Assembly: GCA_964597675.1 (NCBI GenBank)
Contig: CAZQYV010000003.1
Span: 12,338 to 76,337, forward strand
From: an uncultured Candidatus Saccharibacteria bacterium
GTDB taxonomy: Bacteria > Patescibacteriota > Minisyncoccia > Phycocordibacterales > DATDWN01
Length of the DNA stretch: 64,000 nucleotides
Direction of reading: 5' to 3'
Shown: positions 20,042 through 29,348 of the stretch, in pieces
Layout of the letters: each line of letters opens with the position of its first letter
Numbering within the stretch: position 1 is the stretch's first letter
Notes under the pieces: generated by a model
Database searches by the model: none
What the model was told of the DNA's origin: nothing
Seen by the model: only the letters and a program-made list of their open reading frames with translations
Translations under genes and position numbers: made by a program

Positions 20042-23000
20042 TGAACTCTGTTAATAGATCTTTGTCTCCTCTTTTAATCTGAACATCGAGAGCCAAACCA
20101 CGAAGGTTGTTAAGCAATACATTAAATGACGCAGGGGTGTTGAGTTGTGTAATTGGAAGCCCCTTCACTATAGCGTCAAACGCAGCAGATCGTCCCAAGA
20201 TGTCGTCAGATTTGATAGTCAAGATTTCCTGCAATGTATGTGCTGCACCGTGACCCAATAATGCCCAAACTTCCATTTCTCCAAATCGCTGTCCACCGTT
20301 TTGTGCTTTTCCTCCGAGTGGCTGTTGTGTAATAAGTGAGTATGGACCGATAGATCGCATGTGAATCTTGTCTTCTACCATGTGATGCAACTTTAGAATA
20401 TACATGTATCCGACAGCAATGTCTTGCTCAAATTTTTCACCTGTTCGTCCGTCGTATAGAGGAATCTTGCCCGTCTCTGGAAAACCCGCAGCTTTCAATT
20501 CTGCCTTGATCTCGTCTCCTGTCGCACCGGCAAATGGAGGCACGATGGCCTGATAGCCAAGTGTATGTGCAGCCAAACCCAAGTGTAATTCCAAAATTTG
20601 TCCCAAGTTCATACGACTTGGCACACCAAGTGGTGTCAAAATAACATCAATAGGTGTTCCATCTGCCATGTATGGCATATCTTCCTCTGGCAATATTCGA
20701 GAAATAACACCCTTGTTTCCGTGTCGTCCAGCCAACTTGTCTCCAACAGAAACATTTCGGAGTTGTGCGACCTCGATGTGAATACGCTTGATAATACCTG
20801 AATCAAGTTTGTCACCTTTTTCTCGTGAAAATACTTGTACTTTAATAATGCGTCCTCGCTTGCCTCCTTCCATTCGCTTTGATGTATCCTTTACATCTCG
20901 TGCTTTTTCTCCGAAAAGTGATCGAAGTAATCGCTCTTCTGGTGTTAGTTGTGTTTCACCCTTTGGTGTAATTTTACCAACCAAGATGTCTCCTTGTCGT
21001 ACTTCTGCACCCACACGAACAATACCATCCTCGGCAAGATTTTTGAGTTTACTTTCTCCAACATTTGGAATATCACATGTGGTTACTTCTGGACCAAGTT
21101 TTGTGTCACGAACATTAACCACAAATTCTTCGATGTGAATTGTTGTAAATTTACTATTTTTTACCACTCGTTCAGAAAGAATAATAGCGTCTTCGTAGTT
21201 ACTACCACTCCATGACATAAAGGCAACGAGCATATTTTGACCGATCGCAGTCTGTCCGTGCTCTGATGATGATGTGTCAGCCAAAATATCTCCTTTCTTT
21301 ACTTTATCACCGACAGAAACAGATGGTCGTTGATGAAATGCGGTAAAACCGTTTGTTCGAGAAAATGAAATGAGTTTGTGCTCGTTTTCTTTTCCTTTTG
21401 TATTTTTAATTACAACCTTTGTGCTATCAGCATGAGTGACTGTACCGTCTTCATCTGCGACAAGAAGGCGCCCTGTATCTCGTAGTGCGTGTGTTTCCAT
21501 GCCAGTAGCAACAAGCGGTGCTTCGGGAATAATACATGGAGTTGCCTGTCGCTGCATGTTCGATGCCATCAATGCTCGGTTTGCCTCGTCGTGATTTAAG
21601 AATGGAATCATTGATGTTGCAATAGAAAATGCCTGATTGGTTGCCACGTCAATAAAATCAACCTTTTCCTTTGCGATTGTACTTGGGTTTCCTTCAATAC
21701 GCACCTCTACTTCATCTACAGTAATATGTCCGGTCTTGTCATACGGAGTAGCTGCGTGGGCGATTGCGTAACTTTCCTCTTCTGATGCGTTGAGATATAC
21801 AATCTCATCAGTAATTTTGCCATTTTTGACACGAGCATATGGAGTCTCGATCATGCCGAAATCATTTAATCGAGCATAAATCGCCAAACGTAAAACCAAT
21901 CCAATATTTGGACCTTCTGGTGTGTGGATTGGACAGAGTCGTCCGTAATGAGATGTGTGCACATCGCGAACTTCAAAACCAGCGCGAGCACGATTTAGAC
22001 CTTGTGGACCAAGCGCAGAAAGAGTACGGAGGTTTTCAATCTCAGCCAGTGGGTTTTCCTGTGTCATAAATTGTGACAACTGGTTGGTTGTAAAGAATTC
22101 CTTGATACGAGCTTGGAGAGGTTTTGGGGAAATGAATTGAACAGGGAGAGTTACATCGGTGTCAATAGTCGACATACGATTTTGGATATTTCGCTTGATC
22201 TGGGCCATACCAGTACGTATCTTTTGCTGGAAAAGCTCGCCAACAAAACGAACTCGGCGAGAACCCAAGTGGTCAATATCATCCTCGACTGCATGTGGAG
22301 TGTTGTTGAGTTCCGCAATGTGCATAATGATCGTACCAAAATCATCTAGTGAAATTGTTTTTCGCTCAAGATCCTTTTCGGTCAATTTTTTGCCAAATCG
22401 CTTGTTAAATCGGAATCGTCCAACACGTGAAAGGTCGTATCGTTCAACGTCAAAGATTGAGTTGATAAATTCACGTGCATTTTCAGCAGTAGCCAAATCA
22501 CCATCACGAAGTCGCTTGTGAATTTCTATATATGCCTCATCAATAGTTTTTGCATGATCTTTTGCAAGTGTCTTTTCAATCGACAGTTTTGCATTAGGAT
22601 CACCTGCAAACAACTTCAATATATCTGCATCTGTATGTGCACCAAGGACCCGCAAAAGTGTTGTTGCGGTAAATTTTCGCTTTCGGTCGATTCGAACATA
22701 AATCACACCATCGGCATCCGACTCTATTTCTACCCATGCGCCTCGAGATGGAATAACTTTTGCTCCAAAGAGTTTTCGTCCCTTGACCTCTGCAGCAGTA
22801 AAGAACACACCGTATGATCGAGCAAGTTGTGGCACAATAACACGCTCGATACCAGATATAATAAATGTACCGTGCGGAGTCATTAGCGGAAAATCAGCCA
22901 TAAAGATTTCCTGCTCTTTTTCTGTTCCTAATATAAAATTCTTTAACTTTACTTTTACCTTTAGAGGTGCCTCATATGACAATTTATTGTCTTTTGCGTA

Positions 23001-23234
23001 ATACTCATCATATTTTGGCTGTGACAATTCAAAACCTGTAAAATCAAGTTGAAACTTCTTTTCAGAGTAGTCTTTGATAGAAGTAAACTCCTCAAAAACC
23101 TCTTTTAGACCCTTTTCAATCAGCCACTTAAACGAAGTCAATTGTGGCTCAACAAAGTTTGGCATTGGTGCAAGTGGCTCCTTGAACCGACTGAAAAACT
23201 TTTGTGGACGTACCGATGTGGTTTGTGTCGACAT
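20034..23234 (-). CDS. rpoB: DNA-directed RNA polymerase subunit beta
   Basis: 1066 aa; conserved RpoB blocks throughout. Confidence 0.97.
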   Translation of the reverse strand: MSTQTTSVRPQKFFSRFKEPLAPMPNFVEPQLTSFKWLIEKGLKEVFEEFTSIKDYSEKKFQLDFTGFELSQPKYDEYYAKDNKLSYEAPLKVKVKLKNFILGTEKEQEIFMADFPLMTPHGTFIISGIERVIVPQLARSYGVFFTAAEVKGRKLFGAKVIPSRGAWVEIESDADGVIYVRIDRKRKFTATTLLRVLGAHTDADILKLFAGDPNAKLSIEKTLAKDHAKTIDEAYIEIHKRLRDGDLATAENAREFINSIFDVERYDLSRVGRFRFNKRFGKKLTEKDLERKTISLDDFGTIIMHIAELNNTPHAVEDDIDHLGSRRVRFVGELFQQKIRTGMAQIKRNIQNRMSTIDTDVTLPVQFISPKPLQARIKEFFTTNQLSQFMTQENPLAEIENLRTLSALGPQGLNRARAGFEVRDVHTSHYGRLCPIHTPEGPNIGLVLRLAIYARLNDFGMIETPYARVKNGKITDEIVYLNASEEESYAIAHAATPYDKTGHITVDEVEVRIEGNPSTIAKEKVDFIDVATNQAFSIATSMIPFLNHDEANRALMASNMQRQATPCIIPEAPLVATGMETHALRDTGRLLVADEDGTVTHADSTKVVIKNTKGKENEHKLISFSRTNGFTAFHQRPSVSVGDKVKKGDILADTSSSEHGQTAIGQNMLVAFMSWSGSNYEDAIILSERVVKNSKFTTIHIEEFVVNVRDTKLGPEVTTCDIPNVGESKLKNLAEDGIVRVGAEVRQGDILVGKITPKGETQLTPEERLLRSLFGEKARDVKDTSKRMEGGKRGRIIKVQVFSREKGDKLDSGIIKRIHIEVAQLRNVSVGDKLAGRHGNKGVISRILPEEDMPYMADGTPIDVILTPLGVPSRMNLGQILELHLGLAAHTLGYQAIVPPFAGATGDEIKAELKAAGFPETGKIPLYDGRTGEKFEQDIAVGYMYILKLHHMVEDKIHMRSIGPYSLITQQPLGGKAQNGGQRFGEMEVWALLGHGAAHTLQEILTIKSDDILGRSAAFDAIVKGLPITQLNTPASFNVLLNNLRGLALDVQIKRGDKDLLTEFNG

Positions 23235-23639
23235 AGTATATATATTATGTACTGTGGGACTCTAATAAATAAAACATTACAAATAAAAACACGCCTTTCC
23301 CCAAAGGCTGCCTTTTTCGTTATTTAGTCTTTAGCGATTGTGTCGCAAAATAGTGTAAGAAGACCAATTAACCTTGTAATCCCCTTCGTTTCTCCCGAAA
23401 CTCAATCAAAATGAAGTTGTGATGAGTATACTCCACTATCGCACATACTGTCAACCCTAATAAATCTGTTTTAAAGTCAAGTGGCCTCTGTGTATATCTT
23501 TTATCACTAAATAATGGCTTATAATAAGGTTTTATTACATATTAAAAACATGAAGAATGCTTTCCAAAGTCAATGGAGTTATCCACATCTAATCCACATT
23601 TAGAGATAATTATTTCATTACTGCTAAAACCCTTGGTTT

Positions 23640-23732
23640 GGCATATTCTTTTTGGAGCACGCGATACGTCTTGCTAGACGTTCGCTCAATCTCCCGCCGT
23701 CGCGGTCCGAAGTCTCCAAAAATGATACGCCT
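23640..23732. repeat. GC-rich long-hairpin intergenic element, family A, copy 1 (about 400 nt upstream of rpoB)
   Basis: TTTTTGGAGCACGCGATACGTCTTGCTAGACGTTCGCTCAATCTCCCGCCGTCGCGGTCCGAAGTCTCCAAAAA; about 80% identical to the copy at 54072-54166; terminal inverted repeats GGAGCAC../..GTCTCC. Confidence 0.75.
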
Positions 23733-23806
23733 GCACCGTGGTTTTAAGCAAAACACCACACAGAGTGTGGTGTTTTAGTTATTCAAAATTGAAAAACAAG
23801 CAATGA

Positions 23807-24232
23807 CTACATTCTGACGATGTAATACATCGTGGCAATAAAGAGAGCAAGAGCAAGAAGATTGTGCAATGTATCAAACATCAATAGTTTGAATGACTTA
23901 CCACCCCAGAGATATCCATCCATTTGGTGTGTAAATATAAAACCGACGTATGCGATCAGCCCGACAATCATGGATGACTTAAGAGATTGTGGAATGAGTA
24001 CGAGTAAGAAAAGAGCGATTCCAAGTAACAAATTCATTATGAATTTTGTCACTAGTGACTTTGACATTGCCTTGAGGGATGGTTTAACCCCAGTATCTAC
24101 GATTCCGGAAAGAGCCATCCATTGTTTTGAAAATAAAACTGAATACCACAGGTAACTAAATACAAACGTAACAAGCGCTCCAACTAATACTGGGAGTCGC
24201 AATGCTATAAATAACTGTGTGAAATCTATCAT
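23807..24232 (-). CDS. Polytopic membrane protein, hypothetical
   Basis: 141 aa, 4 predicted TM segments; downstream of lexA on the same strand. Confidence 0.5.
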   Translation of the reverse strand: MIDFTQLFIALRLPVLVGALVTFVFSYLWYSVLFSKQWMALSGIVDTGVKPSLKAMSKSLVTKFIMNLLLGIALFLLVLIPQSLKSSMIVGLIAYVGFIFTHQMDGYLWGGKSFKLLMFDTLHNLLALALFIATMYYIVRM

Positions 24233-24273
24233 ATATATTAAAAAATAATAACGCCCTTATTATACCACTACAC

Positions 24274-24840
24274 CTAATATTTGCGAATAACCCCTTTGAC
24301 AATAGCTGCCACCTTGAGTTCGTACTGAGGGTATATCGGGCGGTAGTTTTTATTGGCTGGCAACAGATATACTTTGCCATTTTTGTTTTTGTAATACTTC
24401 ATGGTCCAGCCACCATCGACCTCGGCAATAACAATATCACCGTCTTTTGGATTCCCTCGTCGCTCTGCAACAACCAAATCCCCCTCGCGGATCCCCTCGT
24501 CAATCATAGAGTCCCCTCGAACCTCTAGTAGATATGTCGAACTCTTATGAACAATGAGATAATCATCCAAATTTATCTTTTCGCCAGTATCTTCATCAAC
24601 AGAAGTCGGAAAACCAGCCTCGACTAACCCTAACAAAGGTATCTCCCGATCCATATGTTTTGGCAACAAGTGTCCCTGAGCATCTTTTTCAATCGTGCCA
24701 TCATCTACAAGTTTATTAATCAATTTATAAACTGCATTTTTAGATTTGAAACCAACAAGCGACATGATCTCTGTATAAACCGGCATACGTTTGTGTCTAT
24801 GGTAGAAATCTATAATTTTTTGCTTATATGATTCGTGCAT
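24274..24840 (-). CDS. lexA: LexA repressor (S24 peptidase)
   Basis: 188 aa; N-terminal wHTH, C-terminal S24 with catalytic Ser in GDSM and Lys in ..TMKYY.. region. Confidence 0.85.
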   Translation of the reverse strand: MHESYKQKIIDFYHRHKRMPVYTEIMSLVGFKSKNAVYKLINKLVDDGTIEKDAQGHLLPKHMDREIPLLGLVEAGFPTSVDEDTGEKINLDDYLIVHKSSTYLLEVRGDSMIDEGIREGDLVVAERRGNPKDGDIVIAEVDGGWTMKYYKNKNGKVYLLPANKNYRPIYPQYELKVAAIVKGVIRKY

Positions 24841-24849
24841 ACTAATGTA

Positions 24850-25059
24850 TTAGAAAATGAAACTACTTAGACTAAATGACCGACCAAACCATGATCCACG
24901 AGAATCTGCCTTTCGTAACTGAGATAGACTAGACAAGAGAAACTTGTGTCTACGTGACTCTCGACTATAAGATAGACCTTTGATTATTTTTTCATCAATC
25001 GTATCGTTTAGCGCACGTAATTCATGAAGCACTGTTTTTTCTAATTTTCTTTTGCTCAT
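24850..25059 (-). CDS. Small hypothetical protein upstream of lexA in the same putative SOS operon
   Basis: 69 aa ORF ending 10 nt before the lexA start; lies between the GAAC-N4-GTTC palindrome and lexA; no homology recognised. Confidence 0.3.
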   Translation of the reverse strand: MSKRKLEKTVLHELRALNDTIDEKIIKGLSYSRESRRHKFLLSSLSQLRKADSRGSWFGRSFSLSSFIF

Positions 25060-25094
25060 AATATAATCTATTAAACTTGTATACGTATAGTATA

Positions 25095-25112
25095 GGTGAA
25101 CGGACGTTCACC
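25095..25112. promoter_or_regulatory. Candidate LexA (SOS) operator, Cheo-box-like GAAC-N4-GTTC palindrome
   Basis: GGTGAACGgaCGTTCACC perfect 8-bp inverted repeat, about 60 nt upstream of the small ORF-lexA operon. Confidence 0.5.
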
Positions 25113-25190
25113 AGTCAACAAAAAATCTGTGGATAGCATAATAGAAAACGAAAAAAGATACTGAGCAAGTTTACCTCGAGAGGAAATGCC

Positions 25191-25586
25191 CTACTTATTG
25201 ATATATGTAATGGTCAATTGAAGGATTGTAGCAAAGCAAACCCACAAAAGATACGGAATATTTGCGTATGTCACTATGCGTGCATATGGAAAGATAATAT
25301 ATAGTGCCCAGATCAAAGTGGCTAGTACACATAGGATATCAATTGCAGCAAGATAATTATTCTGGAGTCCAAATTGAAGTGGGGTAAAAATTAAATTAAA
25401 GATGAGATTGAAAATAAAAGGAAGAAGGACGCTAAACGGAATTTGTTTTTGAATATATAGGTATAGTACATATCCATACGAAACTGCAATTATTGCATAC
25501 AATGCCGTCCATACAGGACCAAAAATCCATGAAGGTGGTGCCCACGTGGGTTTAACCAATGTTTGATACCATGTATATGTTTTCAT
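25191..25586 (-). CDS. tspO: TspO/MBR family tryptophan-rich sensory protein
   Basis: 131 aa; ..KPTWAPPSWIFGPVWTALY.. signature; Trp-rich TM protein. Confidence 0.75.
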   Translation of the reverse strand: MKTYTWYQTLVKPTWAPPSWIFGPVWTALYAIIAVSYGYVLYLYIQKQIPFSVLLPFIFNLIFNLIFTPLQFGLQNNYLAAIDILCVLATLIWALYIIFPYARIVTYANIPYLLWVCFATILQLTITYINK

Positions 25587-25608
25587 ACCTTATATTATAC
25601 ACGGACTG

Positions 25609-27273
25609 TTAGGACAAAAACAGTCGCGCAAGACGTATTTTAAGAAAAGTTGGTTTCTTTTTTTGCTTGGCAAGAGTATTGAATACTGGTGAAAGTGTCT
25701 TTGTCCCTGCTTTCTTAAACGCAGACAAAATATCATCCAGTTCACTTCGTTTAAATTCTCGACGAAGATAATCTATGTCAGGGCACACCCCATTTTCTCG
25801 CAGTTGTTCTATGTGGGAAACAATAGTCTCTTGTTTCAACGCCCGATTGTCCGCAATCTTTGAAAGTGGCAATTCTTGTTCGAGCAATTCTGCGGTTAAT
25901 GCTTCCGTACTTTTCTTTTTTTGTTTTTCTAGTTTTTTAATCTTTATTTTTTCTTCTGGCTCGATTGATTTCAAAAACGTTTTTTGTTTTTGTGCTATCT
26001 CTTCTCGTGCCAAACTATCGAGGTCTCCTTCTGCGTCTATCGATAAATCCCGAAAATATTCATCCTGGTGCAGAACCTCTGGGTCAACACGGAGGGCCAT
26101 ATCGTTTAGACCAAGCAATTTAATACCCCCAAGCGATCGTACGCGAGAAAGGGCCACATATCCCATACCTGGGACAAATGACTTGGAGAGATCAACCTCC
26201 ATAGCATCAAGTGACATGCCCTGACTCTTGTGTACAGTAATAGCCCATGCAAGTCGAAGTGGGTATTGTGTAATTTCAGCTTTCACTTTTCCCTCTTCCT
26301 CAATCTGCCATGTCATTTGTGATACAGGAATTATTTCACCGCGTAGGGTTCGGACCACAGGATCCCCAAATGAATTAAAACTGTCGATCATCCCAAGTGT
26401 ACCGTTTACATATGTTCCCTCTTGATGATTTTTGGTAAACATAACTCGCGCACCCACTTTCAATCGTAAATTTTCCGGTGACAAACAACTTTTTTTCAAA
26501 GTCTCTGCCAAATATTCTGATCCCTTCCACGCCATACCAAATTCCTTGACCGGCGCACTAATCAGACTAAGATGTTTATCATTTATAATATCGACATCAA
26601 TATTGTGTGTATACAATCTGGTTGGCTCACCAGAAATATCAGGGTCACAGTTGAGTCGTTCCTCGAGTAGTCCGACAATCTTTTGATTGACTGTGTTGTT
26701 TCGAATGCTATTGAGAATTGAAAGGTAGCCCGTATCTTTCTGGCGATATTGTTCTGATAAATAACAAACCGTAAATCCTGCTTCCTGCCAACTATCTGAT
26801 TTCCATGCAAACTGTGATTCATAAACTTCACCGCGTGTAACTGGTGGCAATTGAAAAAAATCACCACAAACAATCACTTGCATGCCACCAAATGGTCGCT
26901 CATTTCGTTTAAATCTCCGACAAATCCAGTCAATCAAATCAAGACGAAAATGATGAAGCATAGATATTTCATCAATAATCAAAACCTTTGTCCGCTCAAA
27001 CCTTTTATACAAATATTGTTTTTCTAGCAGATCATCTATATCACGATCTGTCAGTGTATCTTTGACTCCTATCCCCGTCCATGAGTGAATTGTCTGTCCA
27101 GATAAATGTGTCGCAGCAATGCCTGTAGATGCTGTAACTGCTACATCAACCGCGCTCGATTTTAGATAGCGTACATACTCTGAAAGAACGTGGGTTTTTC
27201 CACTTCCTGCTGGGCCAGTCAAAAAAACGTTGTGCCCCATTTTTAGGATATCGAGTGCCTGACGTTGTAACAT
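25609..27273 (-). CDS. PIF1/RecD-like SF1 DNA helicase
   Basis: 554 aa; Walker A GPAGSGKTH; ..LIIDEISML.. Walker B; PIF1-family pattern; coiled-coil Lys-rich C-terminal region. Confidence 0.75.
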   Translation of the reverse strand: MLQRQALDILKMGHNVFLTGPAGSGKTHVLSEYVRYLKSSAVDVAVTASTGIAATHLSGQTIHSWTGIGVKDTLTDRDIDDLLEKQYLYKRFERTKVLIIDEISMLHHFRLDLIDWICRRFKRNERPFGGMQVIVCGDFFQLPPVTRGEVYESQFAWKSDSWQEAGFTVCYLSEQYRQKDTGYLSILNSIRNNTVNQKIVGLLEERLNCDPDISGEPTRLYTHNIDVDIINDKHLSLISAPVKEFGMAWKGSEYLAETLKKSCLSPENLRLKVGARVMFTKNHQEGTYVNGTLGMIDSFNSFGDPVVRTLRGEIIPVSQMTWQIEEEGKVKAEITQYPLRLAWAITVHKSQGMSLDAMEVDLSKSFVPGMGYVALSRVRSLGGIKLLGLNDMALRVDPEVLHQDEYFRDLSIDAEGDLDSLAREEIAQKQKTFLKSIEPEEKIKIKKLEKQKKKSTEALTAELLEQELPLSKIADNRALKQETIVSHIEQLRENGVCPDIDYLRREFKRSELDDILSAFKKAGTKTLSPVFNTLAKQKKKPTFLKIRLARLFLS

Positions 27274-27349
27274 CCTTGTATTGTAGCAGGATAGTATAGA
27301 GTGTACAAAATATGGTCGATATGATTAGATAATAGCAGGAGAAACAATC

Positions 27350-27610
27350 ATGTACTTAAGCGCAGAATTTTGTTCGTATGTAGTTGGAGGTATTGGAGTC
27401 GTTCTTTTCGCAATAATACTGCTTGAAAAATTATTTTTTCTACGATGTCCACATTGTGGAAATACCGTGGAATTCACAGAGGATGTATTTTATGCGCCAA
27501 CACGTGATGCCCGGGGTAGACTTAAAACCTCCGCTACACGAATGAGATACTATCACTGTGAATCATGTAGACACTCTTTTCATAGTACCAGAACATACGG
27601 GTACTTCTAA
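27350..27610 (+). CDS. Small membrane zinc-ribbon protein, hypothetical
   Basis: 86 aa; one TM then CPHC..(36)..CESC zinc-ribbon spacing. Confidence 0.4.
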   Translation: MYLSAEFCSYVVGGIGVVLFAIILLEKLFFLRCPHCGNTVEFTEDVFYAPTRDARGRLKTSATRMRYYHCESCRHSFHSTRTYGYF

Positions 27611-27613
27611 ACA

Positions 27614-27650
27614 AAAGCGTCGGCAATAGTGCCGGCGCTCTTATTTTTTA
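27614..27650. terminator. Bidirectional terminator (zinc-ribbon ORF / trmD)
   Basis: GCGTCGGCA-ata-GTGCCGGCGC hairpin with T runs on both strands. Confidence 0.7.
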
Positions 27651-28348
27651 TCTTGTTTCCACGCTTCAATTTTTTTATGATCTCCAGAAAGCAAAACTTT
27701 TGGGACACGATATTTTTTGCCTTTGTACTCTAAAACTTCTGGTCGAGTGTACACATCACTAGATGCGGTACGAGATTCCTCGAGTGAATTAAAATTACCC
27801 AAAACTCCTTCTATCTGACGGGCAACGCAATCCATCACTACCATAGCGGGCAATTCACCACCAGTTAGAACGAACGGCCCGACAGAAAGTGCTTCTGTCT
27901 TAAAGACTTTTCTGACCCGCGCATCAATACCTTCATATCTCCCACAAATCAAGATTATATCTGTATACTTCTTTGCAGTCTTTTTTGCATATGTTGTATC
28001 AAACTGTTTTCCCCCCGGAGAAAACCACACGATCTTGAATTTAGAATTTTGAATATTGAATATTGATTTTGGATTTTTGTTTTTTCTTTTTTCTATATTC
28101 TTTTTTCTATATTCTATATTCTTCAAAGCTGCTTCAACAGCTTTGATCACTGGAAGTGCCTGAATCACCATGCCGGGACCACCGCTGTATGGCTTTTGGT
28201 CAATATGTTTCCATTTATTATCAGAAAAATCGCGTGGATTATAAAAAGATACTTTGATTTTTTTATCTTCTATTGCCCGCGACAAAATCGACTCACCAAG
28301 ATATGAGTCAAATGAATCTGGAAATAATGTGACGATATGAAAATGCAT
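27641..28348 (-). CDS. trmD: tRNA (guanine37-N1)-methyltransferase TrmD
   Basis: 235 aa; SPOUT knot motifs; contains a low-complexity in-frame insertion (..KKNIEKRKNKNPKSIFNIQNSKFKI..) encoded by tandem repeats at about 28030-28120. Confidence 0.85.
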   Translation of the reverse strand: MHFHIVTLFPDSFDSYLGESILSRAIEDKKIKVSFYNPRDFSDNKWKHIDQKPYSGGPGMVIQALPVIKAVEAALKNIEYRKKNIEKRKNKNPKSIFNIQNSKFKIVWFSPGGKQFDTTYAKKTAKKYTDIILICGRYEGIDARVRKVFKTEALSVGPFVLTGGELPAMVVMDCVARQIEGVLGNFNSLEESRTASSDVYTRPEVLEYKGKKYRVPKVLLSGDHKKIEAWKQDKK

Positions 28349-28420
28349 TTTAATGTGTAATGAGTAAAATGTAAGTCGTAATTAATACAAAAATACAATA
28401 CCACAATTTTCATTTTTTGT

Positions 28421-28450
28421 CCAAAAATAAAATCTCCAAATTTGGAGATT
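28421..28450. terminator. Bidirectional terminator downstream of KH-protein gene
   Basis: AAAATCTCCAAATTTGGAGATTTT palindromic hairpin followed by T-rich tract on the minus strand. Confidence 0.7.
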
Positions 28451-28500
28451 TTATTTTAGACGATGAGATTGTCCAAATATGAAAGTTCTGTTGCCGAGAG

Positions 28501-28827
28501 CTATAGCTTTAAATCTGCCATTGCCTCATCAACAGTCTTAGTAGCAGAAGTCTTGACCTCCTTCATACCACCAACTGGTTCGTTGATCTTGAGATTAACA
28601 CGAGCATTGTTTTTCATGCCGACAACTCGGAGGAGTGTTCGGATTGCTTTTGCCGTGTTTCCTTCCCGACCAATAATTTTACCCATATCTGCTGGGTTAA
28701 CATCGAGTGTCATGAGCACACCCATTTCATCGACAGTTCGAGTGATTTTCACGTCCTGTGGATTTTCTACTAATGCCTTGATAACAAAGTCTAAAAATAG
28801 TACGTCTTGTTCCATGAATGCAATCAT
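28501..28827 (-). CDS. KH-domain RNA-binding protein (YlqC/UPF0109 family)
   Basis: 108 aa; ..GKIIGREGNTAKAIRTLL.. KH GXXG motif; canonical position between rpsP and trmD. Confidence 0.8.
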   Translation of the reverse strand: MIAFMEQDVLFLDFVIKALVENPQDVKITRTVDEMGVLMTLDVNPADMGKIIGREGNTAKAIRTLLRVVGMKNNARVNLKINEPVGGMKEVKTSATKTVDEAMADLKL

Positions 28828-28885
28828 TAAATAATAAACCTATATACCTGTCGCACACACTATAATTGTAATAAGAGAGAAGAAA

Positions 28886-29320
28886 TTAAGCAACTGTCTC
28901 TTCTGCTGGTGCCTCTGGGGCAACATCTTCGGCTAGCACGGGTGTAGATTCCTCTACAACAGTTTCAGGTGCAGCTACTGGAGCTGCTTCTACAACAGAA
29001 GCCGCTACAGGGGCAGGAGCTTCGGCAGGAGCATCTTTTACAATGGCCTTTTTTAGTGGTAATGCATTGACTTTCTTACCTGTAATAATTTTTTTGTGTA
29101 CCAACATATTGTGAACAGTGTCAGATGTTTGTGCACCTTGACCCATCCAATATGTTACTCGTTCTGTATTAATCACTGCTTGCTCACCATGACGCGCATC
29201 ATAACTACCCAACGTCTCTAGTGTTTTACCACTCTTTGTTGAGTTTTTTGAATCAGTCACGACAAGTCGAAATACAGGTTCATGCTTTCGTCCTACTCGT
29301 TGTAATCGTATTATTAACAT
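28886..29320 (-). CDS. rpsP: 30S ribosomal protein S16 with Ala/Pro-rich C-terminal extension
   Basis: Start placed at internal Met MLIIRLQRVGRKHEPVFRLVV (S16 signature); the upstream 12 codons of the ORF are unconserved. Confidence 0.85.
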   Translation of the reverse strand: MLIIRLQRVGRKHEPVFRLVVTDSKNSTKSGKTLETLGSYDARHGEQAVINTERVTYWMGQGAQTSDTVHNMLVHKKIITGKKVNALPLKKAIVKDAPAEAPAPVAASVVEAAPVAAPETVVEESTPVLAEDVAPEAPAEETVA

Positions 29321-29348
29321 ACCCGCTATACTAACAGAATTATAAAAA

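Noticed and set aside
16416-23001. Numerous 60-150-aa ORFs overlapping rpoB/rpoC on either strand
   Set aside because: They are embedded in continuous, highly conserved RpoB/RpoC frames and are spurious.
24828-24850. CTAATgtATTAG inverted repeat at the lexA start as the LexA operator
   Set aside because: It overlaps the start codon inside the operon rather than a promoter. The upstream GAAC-N4-GTTC palindrome is a far better match to known LexA boxes.
28030-28125. Tandem repeats as a CRISPR array or minisatellite
   Set aside because: Repeat units are short (7-11 nt) and lack spacers. They lie in frame inside trmD.
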